IMG/VR virus record: IMGVR_UViG_3300012983_000031 | Span: 1 to 64,000 of that record | From: a virus | Lineage: Duplodnaviria > Caudoviricetes | DNA: 64,000 nucleotides | Strand: one strand, 5' to 3' | Shown here: piece by piece, positions 39,257-49,717 of the stretch | Layout of the letters: each line of letters opens with the position of its first letter | How positions within the stretch are numbered: position 1 is the first letter of the stretch | Made by a program: the position numbers and the translations under genes | Notes under the pieces: generated by a model | The model's input: the letters and a program-made list of their open reading frames with translations, nothing else | Told to the model about the DNA's origin: nothing | The model's database searches: none

Positions 39257-39685
39257 TTATGATTCATCTTCAAATACCGCCAATTCTGGATGTTCATCCT
39301 TATACGCTCTATATCCGCCATTAAGATATTGAACGATACCAGTAACCTCTGTTTTAACACTTACAAGATCATCATGAATTCTATCCATCTTGACCTTCAC
39401 GTTCTCCCAAACATCCATGCGTTCAGTTCTCGTGTCTTCGGTTAAAGCGATGTTCTTGTTTGATGCCTCTTGTATTTTTTCAAGCATTGACAACATCTGA
39501 TTAACATACTTATCGCCTAAGTCTATTCTCTCAGACTGTTCCTGATTAGCGGCAGAATTCGCCTCTGTCTTAGCTTTGTTCTTGGTGTACTTAAGCGTTG
39601 CCAAAATTCCAAGTCCACCGCTAGTAATGACACTAATCAACGTTACGATGATTGTTGTCCAATCAATTCCTGCTGCTGGTTCCAT
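39257..39685 (-). CDS. Single-TM coiled-coil protein, holin-like candidate
   Basis: DWTTIIVTLISVITSGGLGILATL followed by a coiled coil. Confidence 0.6.
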   Translation of the reverse strand: MEPAAGIDWTTIIVTLISVITSGGLGILATLKYTKNKAKTEANSAANQEQSERIDLGDKYVNQMLSMLEKIQEASNKNIALTEDTRTERMDVWENVKVKMDRIHDDLVSVKTEVTGIVQYLNGGYRAYKDEHPELAVFEDES

Positions 39686-39704
39686 AATCAAACTTGGTTA
39701 CTTT

Positions 39705-42700
39705 TTAAGAAAGTGCTGCAATAGCACTCTCCATTAAACGTTCTGTTTCTGGCTTAAAGAAATCTTCAGATTCATTAATCATCAAATTTCCACCATTGAT
39801 ATAGCTTAAATGAGTTTCACCGTTGTCAGCAAAGATAAGTGTACGAACTGGAATTGTGGATTCATTCATCATCACATAATTCGAAAAGTCGCGAACGTTA
39901 ACAAGAACATCTGTTTTCTGAACAACACCTTCAACAACGAACGTCATTGTACCAGGAGAATAGTTAGCAAGATCCATAACATCGTTCAAATCTTCATTAA
40001 TTCTAACATACTTCTTCGCAACCTTTGTTTTCTCCCCTTCTATAATAATATTAATTTCTGTATTGTCAGATGCTTTCATGTATTCAAGAAGTTGCACTTT
40101 GCAGTCATTTGGAGTCACCTGTGTATTATTAACATACATTCCACAGTTCACATAACTCTCATAAATTCCGCGAAGAGTTGCCTCATCATACTTGAAAGGT
40201 GTGTCGACGAGATCTGGTCTTGCATATATCACCTCTACTTCATTCTTTGGGTATATTCTGGTATGACCCTGCACATTCACTATAAAATCACCATCAGCTT
40301 GCTTGCTAATAATCTGACCTTTAAGCCCGTCCTTACATTTAACGTAGTCAAGAACATTTGGTTCAGCGATACCGATACCTGCATTTGATTCATTCAACGC
40401 ATTTCCATCTTTGTCGGCAACAGATTCGTTTGATGCTTTTTTAGATTTAACCTTAAACTTAAACTTCTTCTTTGGTTTTTCTTCACTTTTCTCATTATCA
40501 GCATCGCCTTTATCCTTCTCGTCACCAGTTTCCTCACCATTTTCATCTTCATCATCATTATCTTCCTCACCAGCAGCTTCATCGGAGATAGCAGCGTCAC
40601 CCTTTTCCTCGTTCTTCTTCTGATCCTCTTCTTCCTTCTTCTTATCCTCGTCTTTCTTTTCATCCTTATCATCATCGGCAGAATCTTCATCATCCTTAAA
40701 TGCAAGACTTTCCTCTGGATTAAATGTCACGTTCTTGAACGAATCCTCAAAATCTGGTGTAACAGCTTCATCTTCGCCGCCTCCTGCACTCTTTCCGTTA
40801 AGTTCATCAGTATTGATTGTCACAGTTTTACCAGTTGAATCATCTTTTACAGTGATGGTAACATTTTCATTCACATGCTTGAAAAAATCCCTTGCTTCAA
40901 TTGGTGCAGAATCGCCGTAGAAAGATTCAAGAATCTTTTTAACGTTGTTGAAATCATCCTTAACAATATCAAGGTTCATGTTTTCATTCACAACATTAAC
41001 ATCAAACCCTTTAGACGTAAGCTTTTGTTTTAGAAAATTATTATAAGGAACACTCAAATTATAACAGCATGCACTTTCAGCAAGCTTTCCATATTTCTTT
41101 CCATATGCATCAAGAACATCAACAACATCTTGCTCTACGTTGCCATTGTTCTTCCTTGCATACATATAAAGAGATTCATAAATCTTATAAGCTTCCTGCT
41201 CATTCTCCGCAACAACACTGAATTGTTCATAATTTCCATGATTCTTTATATTGAAAATCTTCGCAATAGATTCATTACATGGAAGAATTATACGAAAGGA
41301 AGAATCGCTAATAGGCTTAACACCTTTAATTTGAACACCTTCATTAGCAGACATCACATTGATATGAGCTGGCTTATTATCAAAGCACTTTCTTAATTCT
41401 GGGAAATCATCACTGAACTGATCATCTGTATAAGAGAACCATTTCTTGTAATACTTTCTCAAAGCATTAGCCTGTGCTCTATTTGTAATCTTCAAAATAA
41501 CTTCTGTTTCATTACTCTCGCTCTTTGAATGCTCGATCTTAAGTTCGTCATCAAGATCCTTTTCAAAATCCTCCATATCCATTGGTGCTATCTCATCTGG
41601 AAGAAGACCTACAGAAATAGGATAGTTTGGAGTTTCATCCTCTGCATCCTTTGTTTCTGCTGGAGATTCTTTTGCAGCGGCATCATCGGATTCAAGATCT
41701 TCCTTTTTAACTGGAACTTCATCCTTTGTTTCAGTTTCCTTGAAATCTGGTGTTTCTACTGTAACGGATGTTTCTTTTTCATCTCCAAACATTGCTGGAA
41801 ACTCATCAGACGTTTCTTCTCCTGGTGCTTTCAATTCATTGTTTTCAGGTTCAACAACTGTATCGCCGCCAACAACAGAATCTGGCTTATTAGGGTCATT
41901 TTCAATAGCATCAACGATTTCAGTATACATATCAAGAGGCATGTACTCGTTATTGATGATAGGTTTCTTATCAGCATCAAGATAGAAGCTAACCTTACGA
42001 GTGTCATCATGAACATCGCCATTAGCATCAACAGATGGAATTAAAAGAAGAACTTCACCCTTGCCATTTGTCTTTCCGCTCTTAACATTCTTATTATACG
42101 AAACCTTCACAATCTGGAATCTTCCATAACCGATATCCTTTGTTGATTGACCTTCTTCTGGTGTGTCACTAACAGTAACAGATGTAGGAACATCAAAATC
42201 TGGATCATATTCAGCAACATCATCAAACTCTGATGGGAAATCCATATCTGAATCATCTTCAATATCTACTTCCTCTTCTCCACCTTCTGCACCTGTTATC
42301 GGATTTTCCATATCTTCCTTTGATTCCTTGTCTGGATCAAGTTCATCACCCTTCTTGTCATCATCTTCGCCATTCTCTCCATCTTCTCCATCACCGCCGT
42401 CAACATCATCATTCTTGTCACCATCTTCATCTCCAGTATCTGGAAGATCGTCCTTAAGACTATCATCCTCATCATCCTCATCACCGTTCAAATACTTATC
42501 AGCATCATCCTGATATTTCTTAAAGTCTTTCTTGGTGTCCTCAAGTTCTTTATCGATCATATCAATGGCATCATCAATATCCTTTGTGTCTGCAGCTTCA
42601 TCCTTCATACTCATGAGTGTCTTCTTCTTCTCTTCAAGTGAATCGATATAATCCTGATATTCCTTCTTCTTAGTCTCAATATCATGCTCAATCTTCTCCT

Positions 42701-44417
42701 GTTCTGGTAATTCATCCTCGAACAATGGAGAGCAATTGATTTCCATATGCTCATTTATATAATTGCGGCATTGTATCGGATTCACATTACGATAGAACGT
42801 AGAACGTCCAAGATTGCTGTTCGTTGTGTTTACGAAAATACTTTCTTTAAGCTTAAACACATCGCAAGATTTTCCGCTATTATCCTTTGATTCAATTCTC
42901 TTAACGAAATCAATATAAGCAATATCGTTATAATGTTCATTAAGAGCAACAGACATAGCATAGAACTCTGCATCATTACTTCTCATATTAATTGCAGATT
43001 CCATAAGTGACTTAAGCTCGTCAGTCGTAACCTCCTTATCATTAAGCAAAATTTCAGATTCATTGATGACACACTTGTTCTCATTTCCGTAAATTGTGAC
43101 AGAATTAAATTCTTGAGAGAAGCGAACGTTATCATTGTTGACAATATTGCAAAGAGCCTTGAACGATTCGCTCAAAGATGCCACCTCATTCTTTGTCAGC
43201 TTGGAAATTTCATTATTCTTTCTTGCGAAGTAAGCACCCTTTACATTGAACACACATTCGTTCTCCTTGATGTACTTAACTGGAGAAAACACCAATTCTG
43301 TCTTAACTTTATTGTTGAGGTATTCAACAGATTCACCGAGATAAACAGTATTTTCAATAGAAAGATCTCTTGTAATCAAGCATTCCATATCACGAACGAA
43401 CGGATCATACTCGAATGCCTCAAGTCTTTGAAGAAGAATGGTTCGCGTTGCCATGTTCTTATTATCCACATAATCGGCAACAACATCTTCAATAAGAGGA
43501 ACGATGTAATAAGATCCAGTCTGAGACATAGTTTCAAGAATCTTCTTAAGACTAATGTCTTGCTTATAACGGTTAACCCTGTCATTCAGAGCTGACAGTT
43601 CAGTATCAACAGCACTAAGATAATTCCAATTGGATATACCAGATATGAATGACTCATAAAGAAGTTCATCTGGCTTTCCGTTATTAAGGGCGTTAATGTA
43701 TTGCTCACAGAACACCTTAAGCTTCTCATTCTTATTGTTCTTGAGTATTGCTGCGATTGACTCACTTAACTTGATGTGATTAGGAATGGAATTCTTTGTC
43801 TTCTTTACGGCATTCTGTTTCTCAGTTTCCATTTCATTCATCTTGTTTGCCAAAATCTTGTCAACCTCATCCTGTGTGTATGTTTTAACTGGTTCAGCCT
43901 TAAACTCTTCCTTGAGAATAACATTTTGAAGAGTCTTTCCAGATTTCTCCTCATATTGCTCGAACTGAAGAGCCTCAAGAATTTGCTGAACAAGCGAATC
44001 GCTCTCGAACAAAGAAAGGTTCAGCTTGACATTATCACGCGTCGTCGAGTTCTTGTCAATCATATAATCAACAACTGCGGACTCAATCATTGGAGCGACA
44101 AACATGCATGAGCTGTTGTCAAGATTATAAACGCAATTAGCCAACTTGATGTTGGTCTCATTCATTTTGACGGATTCGTTGACTTCCTTAAGAACAGCCT
44201 TTGCTGATTCTGTATTGGCAATCTTTGCCAAATCATTCACAAAAGCCTCGCATATCTGCTCCTCTTTCATTCCGTCATTCAATTTCTTACTGTACTCGTT
44301 GCAGAAATTCTGCACTGCAATAGATTCAGACTCAGAAACTTTAAGTTTCTCGATTGATGAACGAATCGGCACGATGTTCACCATTGCAAGAGTCTTTTTA
44401 GTATTTGACATTTCCAT
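39705..44417 (-). CDS. Very large acidic protein, probable prohead core/scaffold
   Basis: 1570 aa; D/E-rich linkers; more than 20 [ILVMY]-x-E-S/[ILV]NE motifs; AATAAATA at 44460-44467. Confidence 0.75.
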   Translation of the reverse strand: MEMSNTKKTLAMVNIVPIRSSIEKLKVSESESIAVQNFCNEYSKKLNDGMKEEQICEAFVNDLAKIANTESAKAVLKEVNESVKMNETNIKLANCVYNLDNSSCMFVAPMIESAVVDYMIDKNSTTRDNVKLNLSLFESDSLVQQILEALQFEQYEEKSGKTLQNVILKEEFKAEPVKTYTQDEVDKILANKMNEMETEKQNAVKKTKNSIPNHIKLSESIAAILKNNKNEKLKVFCEQYINALNNGKPDELLYESFISGISNWNYLSAVDTELSALNDRVNRYKQDISLKKILETMSQTGSYYIVPLIEDVVADYVDNKNMATRTILLQRLEAFEYDPFVRDMECLITRDLSIENTVYLGESVEYLNNKVKTELVFSPVKYIKENECVFNVKGAYFARKNNEISKLTKNEVASLSESFKALCNIVNNDNVRFSQEFNSVTIYGNENKCVINESEILLNDKEVTTDELKSLMESAINMRSNDAEFYAMSVALNEHYNDIAYIDFVKRIESKDNSGKSCDVFKLKESIFVNTTNSNLGRSTFYRNVNPIQCRNYINEHMEINCSPLFEDELPEQEKIEHDIETKKKEYQDYIDSLEEKKKTLMSMKDEAADTKDIDDAIDMIDKELEDTKKDFKKYQDDADKYLNGDEDDEDDSLKDDLPDTGDEDGDKNDDVDGGDGEDGENGEDDDKKGDELDPDKESKEDMENPITGAEGGEEEVDIEDDSDMDFPSEFDDVAEYDPDFDVPTSVTVSDTPEEGQSTKDIGYGRFQIVKVSYNKNVKSGKTNGKGEVLLLIPSVDANGDVHDDTRKVSFYLDADKKPIINNEYMPLDMYTEIVDAIENDPNKPDSVVGGDTVVEPENNELKAPGEETSDEFPAMFGDEKETSVTVETPDFKETETKDEVPVKKEDLESDDAAAKESPAETKDAEDETPNYPISVGLLPDEIAPMDMEDFEKDLDDELKIEHSKSESNETEVILKITNRAQANALRKYYKKWFSYTDDQFSDDFPELRKCFDNKPAHINVMSANEGVQIKGVKPISDSSFRIILPCNESIAKIFNIKNHGNYEQFSVVAENEQEAYKIYESLYMYARKNNGNVEQDVVDVLDAYGKKYGKLAESACCYNLSVPYNNFLKQKLTSKGFDVNVVNENMNLDIVKDDFNNVKKILESFYGDSAPIEARDFFKHVNENVTITVKDDSTGKTVTINTDELNGKSAGGGEDEAVTPDFEDSFKNVTFNPEESLAFKDDEDSADDDKDEKKDEDKKKEEEDQKKNEEKGDAAISDEAAGEEDNDDEDENGEETGDEKDKGDADNEKSEEKPKKKFKFKVKSKKASNESVADKDGNALNESNAGIGIAEPNVLDYVKCKDGLKGQIISKQADGDFIVNVQGHTRIYPKNEVEVIYARPDLVDTPFKYDEATLRGIYESYVNCGMYVNNTQVTPNDCKVQLLEYMKASDNTEINIIIEGEKTKVAKKYVRINEDLNDVMDLANYSPGTMTFVVEGVVQKTDVLVNVRDFSNYVMMNESTIPVRTLIFADNGETHLSYINGGNLMINESEDFFKPETERLMESAIAALS

Positions 44418-44511
44418 TGAAAATATTATATAATTATTGTTTAAAATCGATGCTTTTATTATTTATTTCAAATTCGGAAAAAATTTTTGCAAAAATAGAA
44501 CAAGCTAACTA

Positions 44512-45882
44512 TCAGATAATCAATATGTTATGAATTTCATCATTAATTGTTGTATCTTGAGGATACGCAATTCCAAGCGTAATTGGCACACCAAACTCGC
44601 CTTTTTTGTATTTTAAACGACGGGTGTTAGTGATGTCAAAATGAGCATCTGGGCAATCTTTGTAATAATAAATGTTGCTAACGCCTCCACTCTTTGTAAC
44701 TTCAGCAACATAGCAATCATGAATCTTCAAATTGGAAGAAGAATCATAAAATTCCAAAGAAACCTGAACATATCCATCACCAGAAAAAGATCCTGGATCC
44801 GATATAAAGAAACATCCAGTGTCAACATATCCAGTGGATTCTGGTATAACAGTGACATAAGGTTTCTTGACAACGCTTATTTCATCATCAATGAACACAA
44901 CGTTCGGCTGCTTGAAGTTCGATATAGTTTCTGGTATTGTCCAATCATACATATTATGCTGACGCATCGGACAATCTATAATATGCTTATCGCCGTCTGG
45001 TGTGATGTAATATAAAAGAATTGAATAAACATCCGATGAAAGCGAAGACACCTCCCATGTAATCGAAATAACCTGACCAACCGCATAATATGTGTCGGTT
45101 GGAATAGGATTAAGCTTCAATTCAATTCGCTGATTCATAGGTGTAACATTAGCATTGTAAACATTAGGATCAAATGCAAAATGTTCAATTGTCTTATCAG
45201 AAGGAACTGAAAGCGATTCATCAAAACATGGCTGATAAGTTTCAACGGAAAGTGTGAAATTCATCTTTATAAGCTGAGATTCCTGTTCAAACCCATACGT
45301 GACTGTTTTTTCACCTGTTCCATATTGTTCTGGAAAACCTGCACGGCAACCAATCTTCATACCCTTGTATAAAACATTATATGTCTGATTCTTATAAAAA
45401 GTGTCACGAATTTCCTGTTCAATCTTAAATGCTGTCTCCAAATGATCAATCCATCCCTCAAAATCAAAATTCAATGTCAATGGAATAGAATACATGAAAG
45501 CTGTGTAAGAGGTCAAAACACCATTTTCATCCTTCATGTAATTTCCTTTTACAAAACGATTTGTAATGTTCGCCGCATCAATAGTGGATCCAGTATAACT
45601 AACGGCGAAACGTGGACACATATCAAACTTTCCGTCAATCATCTTATCGGAAAAACACTCTCTCCCAAAAAATGTATAATTATCCTGAGCAAAACGCTGA
45701 TCCCTGGATTGCGCAAAATTATACGCGAACGGCACGGTTACATTTTCAACAGTGTTATCATCCCACACTTGTTGATATGTCAATTTATGATTAAGCAGAT
45801 AAAGAAGACCAGCTATGACGGATCTGTTGAACACGTTATCATAATTGTAACGCTGATATAAAGGTGATGTATTTTCTTCCAT
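44512..45882 (-). CDS. Tail sheath stabiliser/terminator, T4 gp15-like, with C-terminal extension
   Basis: VTVPFAY...PRFAVSYTG...SIPLTLNF...FTLSVETY pattern. Confidence 0.65.
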   Translation of the reverse strand: MEENTSPLYQRYNYDNVFNRSVIAGLLYLLNHKLTYQQVWDDNTVENVTVPFAYNFAQSRDQRFAQDNYTFFGRECFSDKMIDGKFDMCPRFAVSYTGSTIDAANITNRFVKGNYMKDENGVLTSYTAFMYSIPLTLNFDFEGWIDHLETAFKIEQEIRDTFYKNQTYNVLYKGMKIGCRAGFPEQYGTGEKTVTYGFEQESQLIKMNFTLSVETYQPCFDESLSVPSDKTIEHFAFDPNVYNANVTPMNQRIELKLNPIPTDTYYAVGQVISITWEVSSLSSDVYSILLYYITPDGDKHIIDCPMRQHNMYDWTIPETISNFKQPNVVFIDDEISVVKKPYVTVIPESTGYVDTGCFFISDPGSFSGDGYVQVSLEFYDSSSNLKIHDCYVAEVTKSGGVSNIYYYKDCPDAHFDITNTRRLKYKKGEFGVPITLGIAYPQDTTINDEIHNILII

Positions 45883-46097
45883 TAATTTCTTTTCTTCCTT
45901 TTAACTCTATAACGTCTCTTTGGTCGAAGGGAATTATTGTATCCAACAAATCCAGCACCAAGAACATTATCCCAACGATCTCCAGACATGCACGGAACAG
46001 CATCTCCCATTCCAACCGACAACGCGCCATCAACTGGAGCCGCGCACCCGTCACACTCATTGGTCTTTTTATTTAATCTGACATGAAAACGAACCAT
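45882..46097 (-). CDS. Small late protein with basic C-terminus
   Basis: GATAAATA at 46124-46131; stop overlaps the start of the gp15-like gene. Confidence 0.7.
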   Translation of the reverse strand: MVRFHVRLNKKTNECDGCAAPVDGALSVGMGDAVPCMSGDRWDNVLGAGFVGYNNSLRPKRRYRVKRKKRN

Positions 46098-46123
46098 CTT
46101 ATTTTAACGCAAAAGATTTTCAC

Positions 46124-46171
46124 TATTTATCTGTCACAAAGACAACTACACATCCAAAATACAGATAAATA
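46124..46171. promoter_or_regulatory. Divergent late promoters (GATAAATA minus 46124-46131, plus 46164-46171)
   Basis: Exact motifs on both strands. Confidence 0.75.
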
Positions 46172-46192
46172 GTGAAAATACATTTTTTGATA

Positions 46193-46741
46193 ATGGTACT
46201 TAACAACCTTCCTCAGATGTTCACTTTTTATTTCCCGTCAAACTTCTGGTATGACGAGGTTATCAACACGTGGACACCTATGGTTCAAAAGATGAGGCTT
46301 CCATATGAAACTGTTAGCGATTTCATGAATTCACAGGTTCAGGCTGTCACGTTCCCAGCAATGAACATTGATTTGTCAACTCAACAGAGAGGACAATATG
46401 AAGTTGCATACTACGGCGGAAAAGAACTTGAACCGATCATCGACAAGAATCTTAGATTGACGATGAAGCTTACAGAAAGCTATCTTTCATACTGGATATT
46501 TTGGCACCAGATTGATGTGTTCCTTCACTATGTGGACAATTACAAAAACAAGCAACCGTGCTGGATGGAACCAGTAAAATTAGGATTCCTCACAGACTCT
46601 GGCATGCAACTGCTTGAATTCACATTCTGGGAAATAACACCGACAGCAACAAGTGAACTGAACTTAAGCTATGCGGCAACAGTAGCATCATACAACACAT
46701 TTAATATCAATCTTAGATACAATCGTTTCGATATCAATTAA
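46193..46741 (+). CDS. Tail tube terminator/completion protein, T4 gp3-like
   Basis: VQAVTFPAMNI...LRLTMKLTESYLSY...FTFWEITPTATSELNLSY...FNINLRY tube-fold pattern. Confidence 0.6.
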   Translation: MVLNNLPQMFTFYFPSNFWYDEVINTWTPMVQKMRLPYETVSDFMNSQVQAVTFPAMNIDLSTQQRGQYEVAYYGGKELEPIIDKNLRLTMKLTESYLSYWIFWHQIDVFLHYVDNYKNKQPCWMEPVKLGFLTDSGMQLLEFTFWEITPTATSELNLSYAATVASYNTFNINLRYNRFDIN

Positions 46742-46768
46742 TTGTGAAATAAAACAAAATACAACATA

Positions 46769-48208
46769 ATGGCAACTGATTTATTTAACCAATATTATAA
46801 CAATCCGACAAAATCTTACATTTATGCCGACATCATCTGCAGCAACGCAAGTTCTGCCGACGAAATCTCGTTTGACATCAATGATTCTGCTGGACAAATC
46901 ACATCAAATGATGACATACTTTCATCAATAGACCTGTCAGAGATACATGTTCCAGCATCACAGTATATGTCAGATGTAAGGACAATCGATCCAAACGGAT
47001 ATTGCTATATCAAAGGATTCCTGTATGGGGACGCTTATTGCCAGAAAGCATACGGAAGGATAATTGGAGAAATCACCGAAGATGAAGACTGGATGTTATA
47101 CGGCATGATATTCTTTGCAATAAGATACCTTGACAGAAAAACTGGAAACATCAAGACTGAGTTCATCAAGGCGCAAGGAAATCCAGACGAGGAAAAGACA
47201 TTCATCGATGTCATAAACGAATATTTCGAGAAACAGGAAATACCTATTGTCGTATCATTCGATGACGGATACGTTATATTCACTGCAACAATCCTTGCAT
47301 ATGAATTCTGGATCGATCATGTGCTGTTCTGGAAATCGGAAGAAGGAATGGACATATTCTATTATGTTAACCAGTGGATGATCGAAAACGGCAAATCTTA
47401 TGAATACGGATGGGATGACGGATTTGTAACAGGTAACAACATGGACAGTTCTTCACTTGGCGCTGTGAACCTGTACTCAAGCATACTGAAAAGAAGCGAC
47501 TATTCACGCCTTTACAACCTGTTCACTTGTCTCGAAAAGGACTTCAACGACATATTGATGGAAAACGATGTGCATAAAATATATCTGTATGAAGATTTCA
47601 CAAAATATGTTCCATCAAAACTCTACAGAAACGGAGCAATGAAAGGAATCATCATGTCGGTTATTTATCCACAATACAACGCGGACAGCATAACAGAATT
47701 ACAGAAGGCTGTCAAGGTTGCTCACCTTGTTGACAGGGTGCAGGAATTCTATGCAATACCAGAAAGCCTTGTCGAAGGAACGTTCACTGGAGTTCGCAAG
47801 CTTATAGACGTAAACGATATGTTCCATTGCGAATACGACCACGAACTCTACAACAAATGGATGGGATTCTATTCACACCATAATGTTAATGACGACTGGA
47901 TTTATGCAGATGAAATACCACAGGTAATCCCTAAGATGCTTGAAGACTGGGAAGAGTCCGCTGTATCGTTCACAGAACAGGGAAAATCAATATACAAGGA
48001 CATAGAGCACAGAGAAACAATGGGACTTGAAGGATATTGCGCATACCTTTCACATACAAAGCAATGGATGACGGTTGGACAGTTCTACGCAAGAACAACA
48101 ATATCTGATGATCCAGAACACCCAGAAACAAGAAACCTAATCCCAAGTGTAATAATATATAATCCGAACAATTTCCCAGTTCAAGTAAAATATATGGCGT
48201 TCGCATAA
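46769..48208 (+). CDS. Hypothetical (probably structural) protein
   Basis: 479-aa ORF in a late operon. Confidence 0.8.
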   Translation: MATDLFNQYYNNPTKSYIYADIICSNASSADEISFDINDSAGQITSNDDILSSIDLSEIHVPASQYMSDVRTIDPNGYCYIKGFLYGDAYCQKAYGRIIGEITEDEDWMLYGMIFFAIRYLDRKTGNIKTEFIKAQGNPDEEKTFIDVINEYFEKQEIPIVVSFDDGYVIFTATILAYEFWIDHVLFWKSEEGMDIFYYVNQWMIENGKSYEYGWDDGFVTGNNMDSSSLGAVNLYSSILKRSDYSRLYNLFTCLEKDFNDILMENDVHKIYLYEDFTKYVPSKLYRNGAMKGIIMSVIYPQYNADSITELQKAVKVAHLVDRVQEFYAIPESLVEGTFTGVRKLIDVNDMFHCEYDHELYNKWMGFYSHHNVNDDWIYADEIPQVIPKMLEDWEESAVSFTEQGKSIYKDIEHRETMGLEGYCAYLSHTKQWMTVGQFYARTTISDDPEHPETRNLIPSVIIYNPNNFPVQVKYMAFA

Positions 48209-48210
48209 TC

Positions 48211-48675
48211 ATGAAAAAAAGAAGAAGCATCAACGAAAGCACACTTATAAGTGGCGGATACGGATTTGTTGGAGGAGGAGGCTATGACAACACGCTTTCC
48301 CCAGCATCATACAACGTGCAAGGAAGACAACCTGGATATGTGTACCAAGTTCTTCCTATGACAGACGAACTCCAGCAGAAGCCTACACCGATGAACCATG
48401 AGTATTACATACATCCTGGATCAACGGTAAAAGGAAGAGGTTTCAACAACCCCCAAAAGACTTACACTGGAATCGTAAACAGAATAGTCAAGGATGAAAG
48501 CGGAAAAGTTGTTTGCCTTTATGTCCAAGCGTTCAAGACGGCAAAACTTGTAGCTGTGAGAGCAGATGAAGATCTTGAACTCATCCTACCAAAGGGAGTA
48601 GACCAGTACGGCGGTCACCGATTAGCTACATCAGATAACCTCGAAATAGCAAACAAGAGCCTTGTCAGTCAATGA
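48211..48675 (+). CDS. Hypothetical protein with N-terminal SINES motif and SH3/KOW-like core
   Basis: MKKRRSINEST; IHPGSTVKG...YTGIVNRI. Confidence 0.75.
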   Translation: MKKRRSINESTLISGGYGFVGGGGYDNTLSPASYNVQGRQPGYVYQVLPMTDELQQKPTPMNHEYYIHPGSTVKGRGFNNPQKTYTGIVNRIVKDESGKVVCLYVQAFKTAKLVAVRADEDLELILPKGVDQYGGHRLATSDNLEIANKSLVSQ

Positions 48676-48685
48676 CGAGGCTCTT
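48655..48685. terminator. Bidirectional terminator
   Basis: AAGAGCCTTGTCA-gtcaa-TGACGAGGCTCTT. Confidence 0.8.
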
Positions 48686-48689
48686 TCTT

Positions 48690-49295
48690 TTATGACGGAT
48701 AAATCTTTTTCGCAATCCTGCTGTCAACTTCATCAACACCGCCGCGAACTACACTATTAACACGCTCCTTCTTCGGTTCATCGTTGGATGTTTCAGCCGA
48801 TTGCGCATCATTTTCATCAATAACGACTGAATTTTCCACAAGATTCTCTTCCTTTATTCCGTTAGCAACCATTTCAGTCATCAAAAGCGCAACAATCGGC
48901 AATATCGCTCCAATAATCCAAGAAACAATTATCTGTACAGTTTCTTCACTGATGTCCTGAACGAAAAACAATAGCGGTTTCGCAAGATAGCTGTAGTAAT
49001 TTTGCTCGGATTCGGATATGAACTTAAAAACAGAGTAAGTGTTTCCTATCACCTGAACGATGACAAGAATTGTCAAAAGCACCCAAGCCATATTGTTCCT
49101 CTTGTTTGTTCCTATCAGAATTGAAGCAAGACAGACGGCAAGACCAAGCTCAAACGCTAACGCCAGAATAACGGACATCCAGCTGACGTTACCTATATCA
49201 AAAAACTCTATTGCATGACAGAACGATATAAAGGCTACAAGTGCATAAAGGAACAGAAACACATATATGAATATCTTATTGATATATTTCTTCAT
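48690..49295 (-). CDS. Multi-pass (about 4 TM) membrane protein
   Basis: Four hydrophobic segments. Confidence 0.8.
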   Translation of the reverse strand: MKKYINKIFIYVFLFLYALVAFISFCHAIEFFDIGNVSWMSVILALAFELGLAVCLASILIGTNKRNNMAWVLLTILVIVQVIGNTYSVFKFISESEQNYYSYLAKPLLFFVQDISEETVQIIVSWIIGAILPIVALLMTEMVANGIKEENLVENSVVIDENDAQSAETSNDEPKKERVNSVVRGGVDEVDSRIAKKIYPS

Positions 49296-49296
49296 G

Positions 49297-49605
49297 TCAT
49301 TTCTTGCTTACCTTTACAACAACTGGCTTGTTCGCCAGCTTATCATTTTGATCCTGGTATATCCTTATCTCGTTTTCAAGTGATTCTATCTTTGCGTCAC
49401 GCATCTTTATTGCGTTCTTGAGGCTATCTATTGTCTTTACAGAATTTGCAAAAACATCATTAATGGAATCAATCTCAGCCTTGTGCTCAATCTCAAGGCG
49501 TGCGCATTTGCGCTGGAAGTTTCCCTTACTCGTGCAGTTCGCTATAAAAAAGAGCGAAAGCAGAAACATTGTTATTTCTTTCCAGTATTTCTTTATTGTA
49601 TCCAT
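49297..49605 (-). CDS. Membrane-anchored coiled-coil protein (spanin/lipoprotein-like candidate)
   Basis: MFLLSLFFIANC then heptads; GATAAATA at 49631-49638. Confidence 0.65.
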   Translation of the reverse strand: MDTIKKYWKEITMFLLSLFFIANCTSKGNFQRKCARLEIEHKAEIDSINDVFANSVKTIDSLKNAIKMRDAKIESLENEIRIYQDQNDKLANKPVVVKVSKK

Positions 49606-49646
49606 CAGTCATCATGTTATTTTTCAGAAATATTTATCCAAAAAAG

Positions 49647-49676
49647 TTCGATCCTGTCATCACGACAGGACCGAAC
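49647..49676 (-). terminator. Terminator hairpin
   Basis: GTTCGATCCTGTC-atcac-GACAGGACCGAAC with a T-run on the minus strand. Confidence 0.7.
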
Positions 49677-49717
49677 GGCAATGAAGAAATTTAAAATATA
49701 CGTGAATATTATTATCT

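Noticed and set aside
39810-45861. Numerous plus-strand ORFs of 60-190 aa antisense to large genes here and elsewhere
   Set aside because: Fully overlap well-supported genes, lack promoters and motifs, and have the composition of antisense shadows
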